A DNA stretch of 64,000 nt from Candidatus Eiseniibacteriota bacterium (GCA_963744995.1 CAVUWA010000001.1:32001-96000); one strand, 5' to 3'. Numbered from the stretch's first letter, positions 10,285-20,464 are shown. Notes: a model not told the origin generated them from the sequence alone. A program made the numbers and translations.

Positions 10285-12765
10285 ATGCGAACCCACTGGA
10301 TTTCACCCGCTCTCCTCACCGCCGCCCTCATCGCGGCGGCGCCCGCCGCGCGCGCGGCGTCGCAGGACGGCAACGTCGAGTGGAACGGCGTGAGCCACGT
10401 GGCCTGGCAGGATCGGCGGCCGGTCTGCCCGGTGAACGGCGAGGCGTTCCAGGTCCGTTTCCGCGCATATCACGACGATCTCACCGCGGCGCGCGTCCAC
10501 GTGGACGCCGGTGCGACGGTCCAGGTCGACGCCACCGTGATCGGGCAGCGCGGCCCCTACGACATCTGGATGGCGCTGGTGCCCATGACCGCGGCCACGA
10601 CCGAGACCTACTACGTCGAACTCACCGACGGCGGCGACACCGACTACCTGGGCCCGGCCGGCATGAGCGACGGCCCGCCGGCGGGCGGCTTCGCCATCGA
10701 CTTCGCGACGCTCACGCACGCGCCCTACGGCGCCACGCTGGTGAACGGCGGTGCGACGGTCTTCAAGGTATGGGCGCCGGGCGCGACGATCGCCTACGTG
10801 CGCGGCGCCTTCAACGGCTGGGGGCTCGGCAATCCGATGACGAAGGTGGGCGACGACTTCATCGCGAAGGTCAACGGCACGTTCGACCAGCAGGAGTACA
10901 AGTACTACTTCGACGGCAGTGTATGGAACAGCGATGCGCGTGGCCGCGCACTGAACCCGTCGAGCAGCGACAATTCGCGCATCATCGACCCGTTCCTCTA
11001 TCAGTGGGCGGTGCCCGACTTCCAGACGCCGCCGCTCGAGCAGATGGTGATCTACCAGCTGCACGTCGGCACGTACCCGGGCCGCAACGACCCGCTCGGC
11101 ACCCCGCCGTTCCCCGCCGACTACGTGGACGTCGCCGCCCGTGCCGGCCACCTCGCCGATCTCGGCATCAACGCGGTGATGCTGAACCCGGTGACCGAAT
11201 TCCCGGGCGACGAGTCCGCCGGCTACAACCCGCAGAGCCAGTGGGCGGTCGAGTCGGCCTATGGGGCGCCGGAGGGCATGCGGGCGATGGTGGACTCCCT
11301 GCACGCTCACGGCATCGCCGTGCTGCTCGACGTCGTGTGGAACCACTTCACCGTGAATTCCAACTTCATGTGGAACTACGACGGCACGCAGATCTACTTC
11401 GACACGCCGGAGATCGATACGCCGTGGGGCGCCCAGGCGGACTTCGACGTGCCCGAGGTGCGCGACTACTTCGTGGACAGCGCGGACTACTGGCTCGACG
11501 AATACCGCGTCGACGGATTCCGCATGGACGCCACGAGCTACATGAACATCGGCGCGCACGCAGCCTCCGGCTGGGCGCTCATGCAGCGGCTCAACGACGA
11601 GGTCGACCGGCGCTGGGCCGACAAGGTGACGATTGCCGAGCAGCTGCCGGACGATCCGGGCGTCACCGAGCCGACTTCGATCGGCGGCGCCGGCTTCGAC
11701 GCGCAGTACCACGACGCCTTCACGGACCGCCTGCGCGAGGCGGTCGTGGCCGCCGCGTTCGGCGACCCGAACATGGGCGCGATCCGCGACGCCATCAACG
11801 GCAGCGCGTACCTCAACGGGCGCTACGTCGTGAACTACGTGGAGCTGCACGACGAGGCCTGGCCGGCGAGCGGCGGGCAGCGGCTGGTGAAGACGATCGA
11901 CACGACCTACCCGTACGACGACGCCTACGCGCGCGGCCGCACCATGCTGGCGCAGGGCGTCACCCTGTTCGCGCCCGGCGTCCCCGCGATGCTGATGGGC
12001 GACGAATGGCTCGAGGACACCGATTTCGGCAGCAGCTCCGGCAACCGCATCGACTGGTCCAAGTTGACGACCTATGCGGACGTCTACCGGTACTATCGGG
12101 ACGCCATCCACCTGCGCACGTCCGCACCGGCGCTCTACGCGAACGCGAGCTGGACCGTGCATCACCTGAACGAGGCCGGCAACGTCATCGGCTGGCGCCG
12201 TTCCGACAACGACGGCCACCATTTCGTGATCCTCGCCAACTTCAGCAACGACGACTACTCGAGCTACCGGATCGGCGTCCCGGTCACGGGGAACTACGTC
12301 GAGGTCCTGAACAGCCAGTCGCCCGTTTACGGGAACGCCGGAACGACCAACCCCGGCCTGCTCGCGAGCGAGGCCGTCGGTGCCGACGGTTTCGGCCAGT
12401 CGATCACCCTCCATCTGTCGCCGATGGCGCTGATCGTCGTGCAGCTCGACACCGGGAACGTCGGCATCGCACCCGCCACCGGCGGCGGGCGCGTCGCGCT
12501 CGCGCCGGTGATGCCCACGCCCGCGCGCGGCGCCGCGACGTTCCGCTTCACGCTGCCGCGGAGGGGGCCCGTGCGCCTGGAGCTGATCGACGCGCGGGGG
12601 CGGCGCGTGGCGACGCTGATCGACGGCGAGCGCACGGCCGGAGCGCACGACGTGCGCTGGAACGGACTCGACCGGCACGGCGCCCCCGTGCCGCCCGGCG
12701 TGTATTTCGCGCGCCTCGAGGCGGGCGGAGCGGTCGCCACGCGGCGCTTCCCGCTGCTCCGCTAG
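10285..12765 (+). CDS. Secreted GH13 glycosidase with CBM48-like domain and C-terminal FlgD-Ig-like domain
   Basis: Signal peptide ending ARA; FKVWAP, DVVWNH, FRMDATSY, IAEQ, HDE; WNGLDRHGAPVPPGVYFARL. Confidence 0.9.
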   Translation: MRTHWISPALLTAALIAAAPAARAASQDGNVEWNGVSHVAWQDRRPVCPVNGEAFQVRFRAYHDDLTAARVHVDAGATVQVDATVIGQRGPYDIWMALVPMTAATTETYYVELTDGGDTDYLGPAGMSDGPPAGGFAIDFATLTHAPYGATLVNGGATVFKVWAPGATIAYVRGAFNGWGLGNPMTKVGDDFIAKVNGTFDQQEYKYYFDGSVWNSDARGRALNPSSSDNSRIIDPFLYQWAVPDFQTPPLEQMVIYQLHVGTYPGRNDPLGTPPFPADYVDVAARAGHLADLGINAVMLNPVTEFPGDESAGYNPQSQWAVESAYGAPEGMRAMVDSLHAHGIAVLLDVVWNHFTVNSNFMWNYDGTQIYFDTPEIDTPWGAQADFDVPEVRDYFVDSADYWLDEYRVDGFRMDATSYMNIGAHAASGWALMQRLNDEVDRRWADKVTIAEQLPDDPGVTEPTSIGGAGFDAQYHDAFTDRLREAVVAAAFGDPNMGAIRDAINGSAYLNGRYVVNYVELHDEAWPASGGQRLVKTIDTTYPYDDAYARGRTMLAQGVTLFAPGVPAMLMGDEWLEDTDFGSSSGNRIDWSKLTTYADVYRYYRDAIHLRTSAPALYANASWTVHHLNEAGNVIGWRRSDNDGHHFVILANFSNDDYSSYRIGVPVTGNYVEVLNSQSPVYGNAGTTNPGLLASEAVGADGFGQSITLHLSPMALIVVQLDTGNVGIAPATGGGRVALAPVMPTPARGAATFRFTLPRRGPVRLELIDARGRRVATLIDGERTAGAHDVRWNGLDRHGAPVPPGVYFARLEAGGAVATRRFPLLR

Positions 12766-13032
12766 GTTTCGTTCGAGGACCGCGGCGGATTCCTTCGCCG
12801 CCGGGCGTGAGGCACGCCCTTCAACTTCTCCGGCGTTCATGAGATTCTGACCCTTCGCGTGGATCTCGTCCGCGGCGGCGCCGCCGTGCGGAACCGCGGC
12901 GCGAGGGAGCATCGCGGTCGCCCGGCGGCCGCCCCCTCGACCGCATGATCGCCGAGTCGCCGCGGTCAGCCGCGCCCGCCTGCCCTGCCGCGCGGAACGG
13001 ACGCGCAGCGGCGCTGTGAAAGGAGGCTCTCC

Positions 13033-14283
13033 GTGCACACCCGACCGGAATCCGTGAGCCCCATGACGTTCGGGCGCGCGCCGGCGCGGCCGCTCGAGCG
13101 CGCCGCGGTGGCGCTGGTCTCCGCGGTGCTCGGCTGCGTGCGCGCCGGCCGGCTCGCGCTCGAGCTGCCCGACGGGCGCGTGCGCCGCTTCGGCGGCACG
13201 GCGCCCGGGCCCGGGGGTCGGATCCGCGTGCGTCGCTGGCGCTTCTTCACCCGGGTCGCCGTGTCCGGCGACCTCGGTTTCGGCGAGTCGTTCGTGGACG
13301 GCGACTGGGACACCCCCGACCTCACCGCGTTGATCCGCGTGCTGGCCATCAACCGCGATCGCTTCGCCGCGCGGGCGCGCTGGATGGGGTGGCCGGCGCG
13401 GTTCTGGAGCGCGCTCGTGCAGCAGCGACGCCGCAACACGCGCCGCGGCAGCCGGGCGAACATCCGTGCCCACTACGATCAGGGCAACGACTTCTTCCGC
13501 CTGTTCCTCGATCCGTCGATGACCTATTCGTGCGCCGTGTACGGCGAGCCGGGCGACACGCTCGAAGCGGCGCAACAGCGCAAACTCGACGCCATACTCA
13601 CGAAGGCGCGCGTCGGCCGTGATGATCACGTGCTCGAGATCGGCTCGGGCTGGGGCAGCTTCGCGCTCCACGCCGCGCGCACGACGGGCTGCCGGGTCAA
13701 GGGCATCACCCTGTCCCGCGAGCAGCTCGCCCTGTCGCGCGCGCGCGCGCAGGAGGCCGGGCTCGAGGATCGCGTCACGTTCGAGCTCCGTGACTACCGC
13801 GACGTGGCCGGGCGTTACGACGCGATCGTGTCGATCGAGATGATCGAAGCCGTCGGTCACGAATACCTCGGCGCGTTCTTCCACCGCTGCGACGAGCTGC
13901 TCGCCCCCGGCGGGCGCGTGGTGTTGCAGGCGATCACGATCGACGGCAGCCGCTACCGGGCGTACCGCGGCCGCGCCGACTGGATCCAGAAGCACATCTT
14001 CCCCGGCGGCCATCTGCCCTCGGTCGAAGCGCTGGTGCATGCGATGGAGCGGCACTCCAGGCTCGTCGTGCGCGATCTCGAGCGGATCGGCGAGCACTAC
14101 GCCACGACGCTGCACGAGTGGCGTGAGCGGCTGATCCGGCACCGCGACGAGGCCCTCGCGCTCGGCGCCTCCGCCGCGGGCATCCGCAAGTGGGCCTACT
14201 ACTTCAGCTACAGCGAAGCGGGCTTCCTCGAGCGCGACCTCGACGACGTGCAGATGGTGATGGCGCGCGCGGGCGAGGGCTGA
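13033..14283 (+). CDS. cfa: Cyclopropane-fatty-acyl-phospholipid synthase family SAM methyltransferase
   Basis: NIRAHYDQGNDFF, SMTYSCA, LEIGSGWG, SIEMIEAVG, IFPGG; AGGAGG RBS. Confidence 0.92.
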   Translation: MHTRPESVSPMTFGRAPARPLERAAVALVSAVLGCVRAGRLALELPDGRVRRFGGTAPGPGGRIRVRRWRFFTRVAVSGDLGFGESFVDGDWDTPDLTALIRVLAINRDRFAARARWMGWPARFWSALVQQRRRNTRRGSRANIRAHYDQGNDFFRLFLDPSMTYSCAVYGEPGDTLEAAQQRKLDAILTKARVGRDDHVLEIGSGWGSFALHAARTTGCRVKGITLSREQLALSRARAQEAGLEDRVTFELRDYRDVAGRYDAIVSIEMIEAVGHEYLGAFFHRCDELLAPGGRVVLQAITIDGSRYRAYRGRADWIQKHIFPGGHLPSVEALVHAMERHSRLVVRDLERIGEHYATTLHEWRERLIRHRDEALALGASAAGIRKWAYYFSYSEAGFLERDLDDVQMVMARAGEG

Positions 14284-14449
14284 GCGCGCGCTCCACGGAG
14301 GGAGCGGCCCGCGAGCGCACGCCCGGGGCTGCCCCGGGCCGCCATGCCGATTCCGCCAAACCTGTTATGGTTCCGGGAGGTACGTCACGACCCCCGGATG
14401 GCGTTCCCCGTCCGGTCGAATCGCAACGCTCGAGACAAGGAGATCCGGC

Positions 14450-15421
14450 TTGTCCTTCAACTTCGACGCGGACCTGCTCGCCCGGTTCGAGGTCCTGGCC
14501 GACCTCGAGGACACGGTCGGCGAGTTCATGGCCGATCACGAGTCGAAGCGCGAGCTGTGGATGCCCAGCGATCTGTTCCTCGAGGAGGAAACCAACACGC
14601 CCGACGCCGCGGAGCGGACGCTGCGCGACCGGGCCCGCGGGCTTCCCGACGCCTCGCGCATCGCGATCGCGTTGAACGTACTCACCGAGGAGGGCCTGCC
14701 GCACTTCCACCGTCTGCTTGCGGTGTATTTCGGCGACCACACCTTCTGGCGCAAGTGGAACAACCTGTGGACCGCCGAGGAGGATCGCCACGGTATCGTC
14801 CTGCATGACTACTGTCGCAGTTCGCGGATCCTCGATCAGCGCGTGCTGGAGACCATGCAGTTCGAATACCTGCGCGCCGGCTTCCACCCGGTGTGGGATC
14901 GCGATCCCTACCGCGTGTTCGTCTACACGTCGCTTCAGGAGCGGGCCACCCAGTTCTCGCACGCCAACACCGGCAGGATCGCCGGCACCTACGAGCCCAA
15001 GATCGGCTACATCCTGTCGCGCGTCGCCGGCGACGAGGCCCGCCACTACGCGTTCTACCGGAAGGTGTTCGCCGAGGTGCTCGAGCGCGACCCGAACCGG
15101 GCGCTGGCCTCGGCCGCCCTGGTGATGCCGAGCATCGACATGCCCGGCGTCTCGATGCCGCACTTCCGCGACCTCGCCGACGTCGTGCGCCGCGCCGGCA
15201 TCTACGGGCCGCGCGAGTACCTGAAGATCGTCGAGGAGCTGATCCGTTTCTGGAAGATCGAAACCCTCACCGGGCTCGACGCACTCGGGCGCGAGGCGCA
15301 GGCGAAGATCCTCGACATCCCGCGCCGTCTGACGCGGATCGCCGACCACATGGAGTCCCGCACCCGGGCGAAGACGTTCAGCTTCGACCTGGTGTTCCAT
15401 CGCGAATTCGCGATGGACTGA
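14450..15421 (+). CDS. Soluble acyl-ACP desaturase (ferritin-like diiron, DesA-like)
   Basis: NVLTEEGLP, WTAEEDRHG, YTSLQERAT, DEARH, IDMPG; TTG start with AAGGAG RBS. Confidence 0.92.
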   Translation: MSFNFDADLLARFEVLADLEDTVGEFMADHESKRELWMPSDLFLEEETNTPDAAERTLRDRARGLPDASRIAIALNVLTEEGLPHFHRLLAVYFGDHTFWRKWNNLWTAEEDRHGIVLHDYCRSSRILDQRVLETMQFEYLRAGFHPVWDRDPYRVFVYTSLQERATQFSHANTGRIAGTYEPKIGYILSRVAGDEARHYAFYRKVFAEVLERDPNRALASAALVMPSIDMPGVSMPHFRDLADVVRRAGIYGPREYLKIVEELIRFWKIETLTGLDALGREAQAKILDIPRRLTRIADHMESRTRAKTFSFDLVFHREFAMD

Positions 15422-15434
15422 CCCCCGCCCCCGC

Positions 15435-16679
15435 ATGCAGCCGCATCGCGTCGTCGTCACGGGAATGGGCGTTTGCGCCGCCAACGGAACGGGCGTTCCC
15501 GCCTTCTGGGACGGCATCCGCGCGGGCCGTTCGGGGATCGGACCGATCACGGCGTTCGACGCCACCGGGCTGTGCAGCCGCATCGCCGGCCAGGTGGACG
15601 ACCTGGACGCGGAGTCGAAGCTCGGCGCGAAGATCCGCAAGCGCACGGCGCGCTTCGCACAGCTCGCGCTCGTGGCCGCACAGGAAGCCATCGTGCATGC
15701 GGCGTGGCCCGCGGATTTCGACCGCGAGAACGTGGCGGTCGTCGTCGGCTCGGGCATCGGCGGGTTCGATCACCTGGAACGCGAGCATCAGGCCTTCGTC
15801 GAGAAGGGCATCGGCCGCTTCCACCCGCTCACGGTGCCGATGATCATCCCCAACATGGCCGCCGGTGCGATCGCGATGGACACCGGCTGCAAGGGCCCCA
15901 ACTTCTGCCCGGTCACCGCCTGCGCCAGCGGCGCGCACGCGATCGGCAGTGCGCTCGACCTGCTGCGCTGGGGCCGCGCCGAGGTCGCCGTGGCCGGCTC
16001 GGCCGAGTGCACGATCTCGCCGTGGGCGGTGGACGGCTACTGCCTGCTGCGCGCGCTGTCGACGCGCAACGACTCCCCCGCGACCGCCTCGCGGCCCTTC
16101 AGCGCGAGCCGTGACGGTTTCGTGATCGCCGAAGGCGCCGGTGTCGTGGTGCTGGAAACGCTCGAACACGCGCGCGCGCGCGGGGCCGCGATTCTCGCCG
16201 AGGTCGCGGGCTTCGGCATGTCGTCGGACGGCCACCACATCACGGCGCCGGACCCCACCGGCCGCGGCGCCGTGCGCGCGATGCGGGCCGCGCTCGACGA
16301 CGCGGGGGTCCCCCCGGAGGCGGTGCAGCTGATCAACGCGCACGGCACCTCCACGCCGCTCAACGACGTCACCGAGACGCGCGCGATCAAGGAGGTGTTC
16401 GGCGACCATGCGCGCCGGCTCGCCGTGCACTCGACCAAGTCCATGATCGGTCACAGCCTGGGCGGCGCCGCGGGAATCGAGGCGGTGGTCTGCGTGCTCA
16501 CGCTCCTCCACCAGCTCATCCATCCGACGATCAACCTCGAGGACCCCGACCCCGATTGCGACCTCGACTACGTACCGGGCGCGGCGCGCGCGGCGCAGGT
16601 GGAGGTCGTGATGTCGAATGCGTTCGGCTTCGGCGGTCACAACGGCGTGCTGGTCTTCAGGAAAGCGCCGGAATCGTAG
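15435..16679 (+). CDS. fabF: Beta-ketoacyl-ACP synthase II
   Basis: RVVVTGMG, TACASG, NAHGTST, STKSMIGH, SNAFGFGGHN. Confidence 0.95.
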   Translation: MQPHRVVVTGMGVCAANGTGVPAFWDGIRAGRSGIGPITAFDATGLCSRIAGQVDDLDAESKLGAKIRKRTARFAQLALVAAQEAIVHAAWPADFDRENVAVVVGSGIGGFDHLEREHQAFVEKGIGRFHPLTVPMIIPNMAAGAIAMDTGCKGPNFCPVTACASGAHAIGSALDLLRWGRAEVAVAGSAECTISPWAVDGYCLLRALSTRNDSPATASRPFSASRDGFVIAEGAGVVVLETLEHARARGAAILAEVAGFGMSSDGHHITAPDPTGRGAVRAMRAALDDAGVPPEAVQLINAHGTSTPLNDVTETRAIKEVFGDHARRLAVHSTKSMIGHSLGGAAGIEAVVCVLTLLHQLIHPTINLEDPDPDCDLDYVPGAARAAQVEVVMSNAFGFGGHNGVLVFRKAPES

Positions 16680-16784
16680 CCGGCGCATCCGGTTTTGCCC
16701 GTCGCGCGGGCGGACCGCGCATCCAAGGAAGCGACATGCAGCCGGCGAGGGGCCGCCGGGCCGCGTCAAAGGAGGACCTCGCCC

Positions 16785-17219
16785 ATGAACTGGAACTGGT
16801 TGCTGGTGATCGGCGGTGCCGTGCTGATCCTGATCGAAGTCGGTCTCGGTGGATTCGCCGGCTTCGACATGGTGCTGATCGGCTCGGCGTTCGTGATCGG
16901 CGGCGGCGCCGGGATGGCGCTCGGCAGCGCCATCGCGGGCTACATCGTCTCCGCCGTGCTGTGCGTGCTCTACATCCTGATCGGCCGCAACTGGGTGCGC
17001 CACCGGCTGCACGTGCAGGAGGCGCCGTCCAACGCGGACGCCCTGATCGGCCGGCACGGAATGGTGCTGCAACGGGTCGGCCGCCATGCGGCGGGCCAGG
17101 TGAAGATCGACGGCGAGATCTGGCGGGCCCGGCCGGCCGTCGGCGCCGGCGAGACGATCGAAACCGGAACGGAAGTGACCGTGACCGCCGTGGACGGCGT
17201 GACCGTGGAGGTGAAGTGA
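16785..17219 (+). CDS. NfeD family protein (short form)
   Basis: TM helices plus GQVKIDGEIWRA OB fold; GGAGG RBS; directly upstream of an SPFH gene. Confidence 0.9.
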   Translation: MNWNWLLVIGGAVLILIEVGLGGFAGFDMVLIGSAFVIGGGAGMALGSAIAGYIVSAVLCVLYILIGRNWVRHRLHVQEAPSNADALIGRHGMVLQRVGRHAAGQVKIDGEIWRARPAVGAGETIETGTEVTVTAVDGVTVEVK

Positions 17220-18094
17220 TGCTGGCGAACTTCTTGACGTTTCTGGTCGTCGTCGTCCTGTTCATCGCGCTGGTCGCGCTGGCACGTTCGGCGCGCATCG
17301 TCTCGCAGTTCGAGAAGGGCGTGATCCTCAGGCTCGGCAAGTTCCGCGGGCTCGCGGATTCGGGACTCACGTTTCTGGTTCCGGTGATCGAGGACATGAT
17401 CAAGGTGGACATGCGCGAGCGGGTCATCAACGTGGAACCGCAGCGGGTGATCACCAAGGACAACGTGGGCGTGACCGTGGACGCGGTGATCTACTACCGC
17501 ATTTCCGACCCGGTGAAGGCCACTTTCGAGGTGCAGAACTTCGCGTACGCCGCGACTACCCTGGCGCAGACGAACCTGCGCAACCTGATCGGCGACAAAC
17601 AGCTCGACGAGACGCTCACCGCGCGCGACGCGATCAACACCAACCTGCGCGCCGTGCTCGACGAAGCCACCAATCCGTGGGGCGTCAAGATCACCCGCGT
17701 CGAGGTGCAGAAGATCGATCCACCGGCCGACATCACCGAGGCCATGTCACGACAGATGAAGGCCGAGCGCGACAAGCGTGCCAACATCCTCGAGTCCGAG
17801 GGCGTCAAGCAGTCTGCGATCCTCGAGGCCGAGGGCGCGCGGGCGGCCGAGATCCTCAAGGCCGAAGGCGACGCGCAGGCGCGGGTCCTGCGTGCGAACG
17901 CGGAAGCGGAGGCGATCGAGGCGATCTCGACCGCGGCGGAGAAATTCTTCCAGGAGCGCGCCGAGGTCAGCAAGCGGCTCGACGTGCTGCGCGACGTGCT
18001 CCAGCAGCAGACCAAATTCATCGTCCCGGCCGGTTCGGACCTCGTCAACGTGCTCGGCCTCGACGACAGGAACGTGGTACCGCTCAAGCGCTAG
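17219..18094 (+). CDS. SPFH/Band 7 (stomatin, QmcA-like) protein
   Basis: VITKDNVGVTVDAVIYY, AQTNLRNLIG, WGVKITRVE, QMKAERDKRA. Confidence 0.95.
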   Translation: MLANFLTFLVVVVLFIALVALARSARIVSQFEKGVILRLGKFRGLADSGLTFLVPVIEDMIKVDMRERVINVEPQRVITKDNVGVTVDAVIYYRISDPVKATFEVQNFAYAATTLAQTNLRNLIGDKQLDETLTARDAINTNLRAVLDEATNPWGVKITRVEVQKIDPPADITEAMSRQMKAERDKRANILESEGVKQSAILEAEGARAAEILKAEGDAQARVLRANAEAEAIEAISTAAEKFFQERAEVSKRLDVLRDVLQQQTKFIVPAGSDLVNVLGLDDRNVVPLKR

Positions 18095-18172
18095 CCCGGC
18101 CGGCTCGTGAAACGGACCGGAATGGCGACGCACACCGGCTCCCCACCGACGCTCGAAGACGGAGGACTTTCC

Positions 18173-18529
18173 ATGACCCCAGGCATTCGCAGGCGGCGCA
18201 TCGGGTTCGGCGCGCTGCTCGCGCTCGGCCTCGTCGCCGGCTGCACGTCCGGCGTGACGCCGATCAAGACCCTGCTCGACGACCCGGGCCGCTTCGACCA
18301 TCAGAAGGTGCGGGTGGCCGGCACCGTCGAGAGTGCGATCAGCGTGCTCGGCTACGGCGTCTACCGGGTGAACGACGGCACCGGCGTGCTGACCGTGGCC
18401 ACGAAGACCGGCGGTGCGCCGCGGGAGGGCGCAAAAGTGGGGGTCGAGGGGGAATTCCGCTCGGCCATGACGCTCGGCACGGAGACCGTCGCGGCGCTGA
18501 TCGAGTCGAACCGCACGGCCGCGCCGTGA
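18173..18529 (+). CDS. Small OB-fold lipoprotein
   Basis: Lipobox LVAGC; YRVNDGTGVLTV...GAKVGVEG; GGAGG RBS. Confidence 0.75.
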   Translation: MTPGIRRRRIGFGALLALGLVAGCTSGVTPIKTLLDDPGRFDHQKVRVAGTVESAISVLGYGVYRVNDGTGVLTVATKTGGAPREGAKVGVEGEFRSAMTLGTETVAALIESNRTAAP

Positions 18530-18645
18530 GCCGGGCGCGCTGAAAGGCCGCGCCCGGGGCCCTTCGGCAGGCCCGGACCCCGCGCCCCGGGCCTGCCGCG
18601 CGGCGCGGACCGGGCCGGGCCGGAGGGCGGCCCGCACGGCCACGC

Positions 18646-18677
18646 AAAAGCCCGGCGGCCACATCGGCACGCCGGGC
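18646..18677 (-). terminator. Intrinsic terminator
   Basis: Minus strand GCCCGGCG-N12-CGCCGGGC-TTTT. Confidence 0.65.
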
Positions 18678-18695
18678 ATTATCGCGAGCGCCGGA

Positions 18696-18725
18696 AGTCT
18701 AACCGGGCGCGAGCGGTTGCGGCAA
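18696..18725 (-). promoter_or_regulatory. Sigma70-type promoter with no downstream gene
   Basis: TTGCCG-N18-TAGACT; same hexamers as the promoter at 45338-45366. Confidence 0.5.
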
Positions 18726-18759
18726 ATGCCGGCGCCCCGGAACCGCCGCGTGGAGGCGC

Positions 18760-19689
18760 CTACGTTCCGGCCAGGGCCTTCCGGATCGAGGCGGCCGCCG
18801 TCGCGCCCTGGCCGAGCGCGATGGCGATCCCCGGCACCACCGGACGGGCGATGTCGCCGGCGGCCCACACCCCCGGCATGGACGTGTGCAGCCCCGCGTC
18901 CACGCGCACGTAGCCCTCTTCGTCGCGATCGAGCGTCGTGCACCACTCGCTGTTCGGCATCTGGCCGATCTTGACGACCACGGCCGGGGTCGTGACCTCG
19001 GTCTCCCCCGCCGGCGTCGCGAAGCGCACCGCACGCACCGCGTCTTCGCCGAGGATCGCGAGCGCCTGGGCGTCGCGCAGCACGACGATTCCCGGATTCG
19101 CTTCCACGCGTTCGCGGAACGCGGCGCGGGCGTGAATCGGACCACGCACCGCGAGCGTCACGCGGCACGCCGCGTCGGCGAGCAGCAGCGCGTTCTCGAA
19201 CGCCGCATCGCCGCCGCCGATCACGACGACGTCGTGCCCGCGCAGCGTGTCGAGGTCGCGTGTCGCCGAATCCGTGACGCCGCGACCTTCGAGGGCCCGC
19301 TCGCCGGGCACCGCGAGCCGCCGCCGCCTGAGACCCGTCGCGACGACGATCGCCCGCGCCGTGAACGGCCCGGGGCCGCCCGAGGTGCGGACGCGCGCAC
19401 TCCGGCCGGCGGCGGGCGGGTCGAGCGCGACGGCTTCGACGCCCTGGACGACCTCGATCCCGGCCTCGGCGAGCTGGGCGTCGAGACGTTCCGCGACCCG
19501 CCGCCCTTTGCCTTTCGGCGCCCCCGGCAGGTTGCGCGGCTCGAAGTGGATCCGGTGCAGCTGCCCGCCCGTGCGGGCGTCACGCTCCAGCAGCAGCGGT
19601 GTGAGGTCCAGCGACGCGGTCCACAGCGCCGCCGCAGCGCCGGCCGGACCGGCGCCGACGATCAGCACGTCGGGTTCACGCCGCGGCAT
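18760..19689 (-). CDS. TrxB-like NAD(P)/FAD oxidoreductase lacking CxxC
   Basis: GAGPAG, IVVATG, GGGDAAFENA, TSMPGVWAAGD; GVTDSATRD at the CATCD position. Confidence 0.88.
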   Translation of the reverse strand: MPRREPDVLIVGAGPAGAAAALWTASLDLTPLLLERDARTGGQLHRIHFEPRNLPGAPKGKGRRVAERLDAQLAEAGIEVVQGVEAVALDPPAAGRSARVRTSGGPGPFTARAIVVATGLRRRRLAVPGERALEGRGVTDSATRDLDTLRGHDVVVIGGGDAAFENALLLADAACRVTLAVRGPIHARAAFRERVEANPGIVVLRDAQALAILGEDAVRAVRFATPAGETEVTTPAVVVKIGQMPNSEWCTTLDRDEEGYVRVDAGLHTSMPGVWAAGDIARPVVPGIAIALGQGATAAASIRKALAGT

Positions 19690-19701
19690 GGCGATCCACC
19701 G

Positions 19702-20283
19702 TCAGGGGCCCGAGCCGCCGCCCGCGGCATCGAGCGCGGCGCTCCAGCGCGGCTCCGCGAGCGCGCCGCGCACGACACGCGTCTCGATCAGGCCCGTCTT
19801 GCGGATCCCGCGCATCTCCATGCACAGATGCCGCGCTTCGAGGATCACCGCCACTCCGCGCGGCTCGGTGAGCCGTTCCAGATGGTCGGCGATCTGGGCG
19901 GTGATGCGCTCCTGAAGCTGCGGGCGGCGAGCGTACAGCTCGAGCAGCCGGGCGAGGCCGCTGATGCCGATGATCTTCTTCGCGGGCAGATAGGCGATGC
20001 GCGCGTGTCCGAAGAACGGCACCAGATGGTGCACGCAGACCGAGTGAAACGGCAGCCCGCGCGCGAGCACCAGGTCGCCTGCGCCTGCATGGGGGAACGT
20101 GGCGAGGTCGGGTTCCGCGCCCGGCGCGAGCCCGGCGAAGGCCTCTTCATAGAGGTCGACGACCCGCGACGGCGTCTGCTGGAGCTCCGGCTCGGCGGCG
20201 GGATCGAGCCCGAGCGCCCGGATCAGCTCGGCGACCGCGCGTTCCGCGGCCGGCCGGTCGGGCGCGTTGGAATGAGAGTCCAC
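19702..20283 (-). CDS. folE: GTP cyclohydrolase I
   Basis: TPSRV, SVCVHHLVPFFG, RRPQLQERIT, HLCMEMRG; GGAGG RBS. Confidence 0.92.
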   Translation of the reverse strand: MDSHSNAPDRPAAERAVAELIRALGLDPAAEPELQQTPSRVVDLYEEAFAGLAPGAEPDLATFPHAGAGDLVLARGLPFHSVCVHHLVPFFGHARIAYLPAKKIIGISGLARLLELYARRPQLQERITAQIADHLERLTEPRGVAVILEARHLCMEMRGIRKTGLIETRVVRGALAEPRWSAALDAAGGGSGP

Positions 20284-20336
20284 GGGCGCCTCCGGGTGAA
20301 ATGGAACGGGCCGGCTGGACGCCGGCCCTCCCAAGA

Positions 20337-20412
<76 letters not shown>

Positions 20413-20464
20413 GTCGAAATCGCGCCCCTCCGGGTCGGAATGGCGGCGGCAATCGAGGCGCGCG

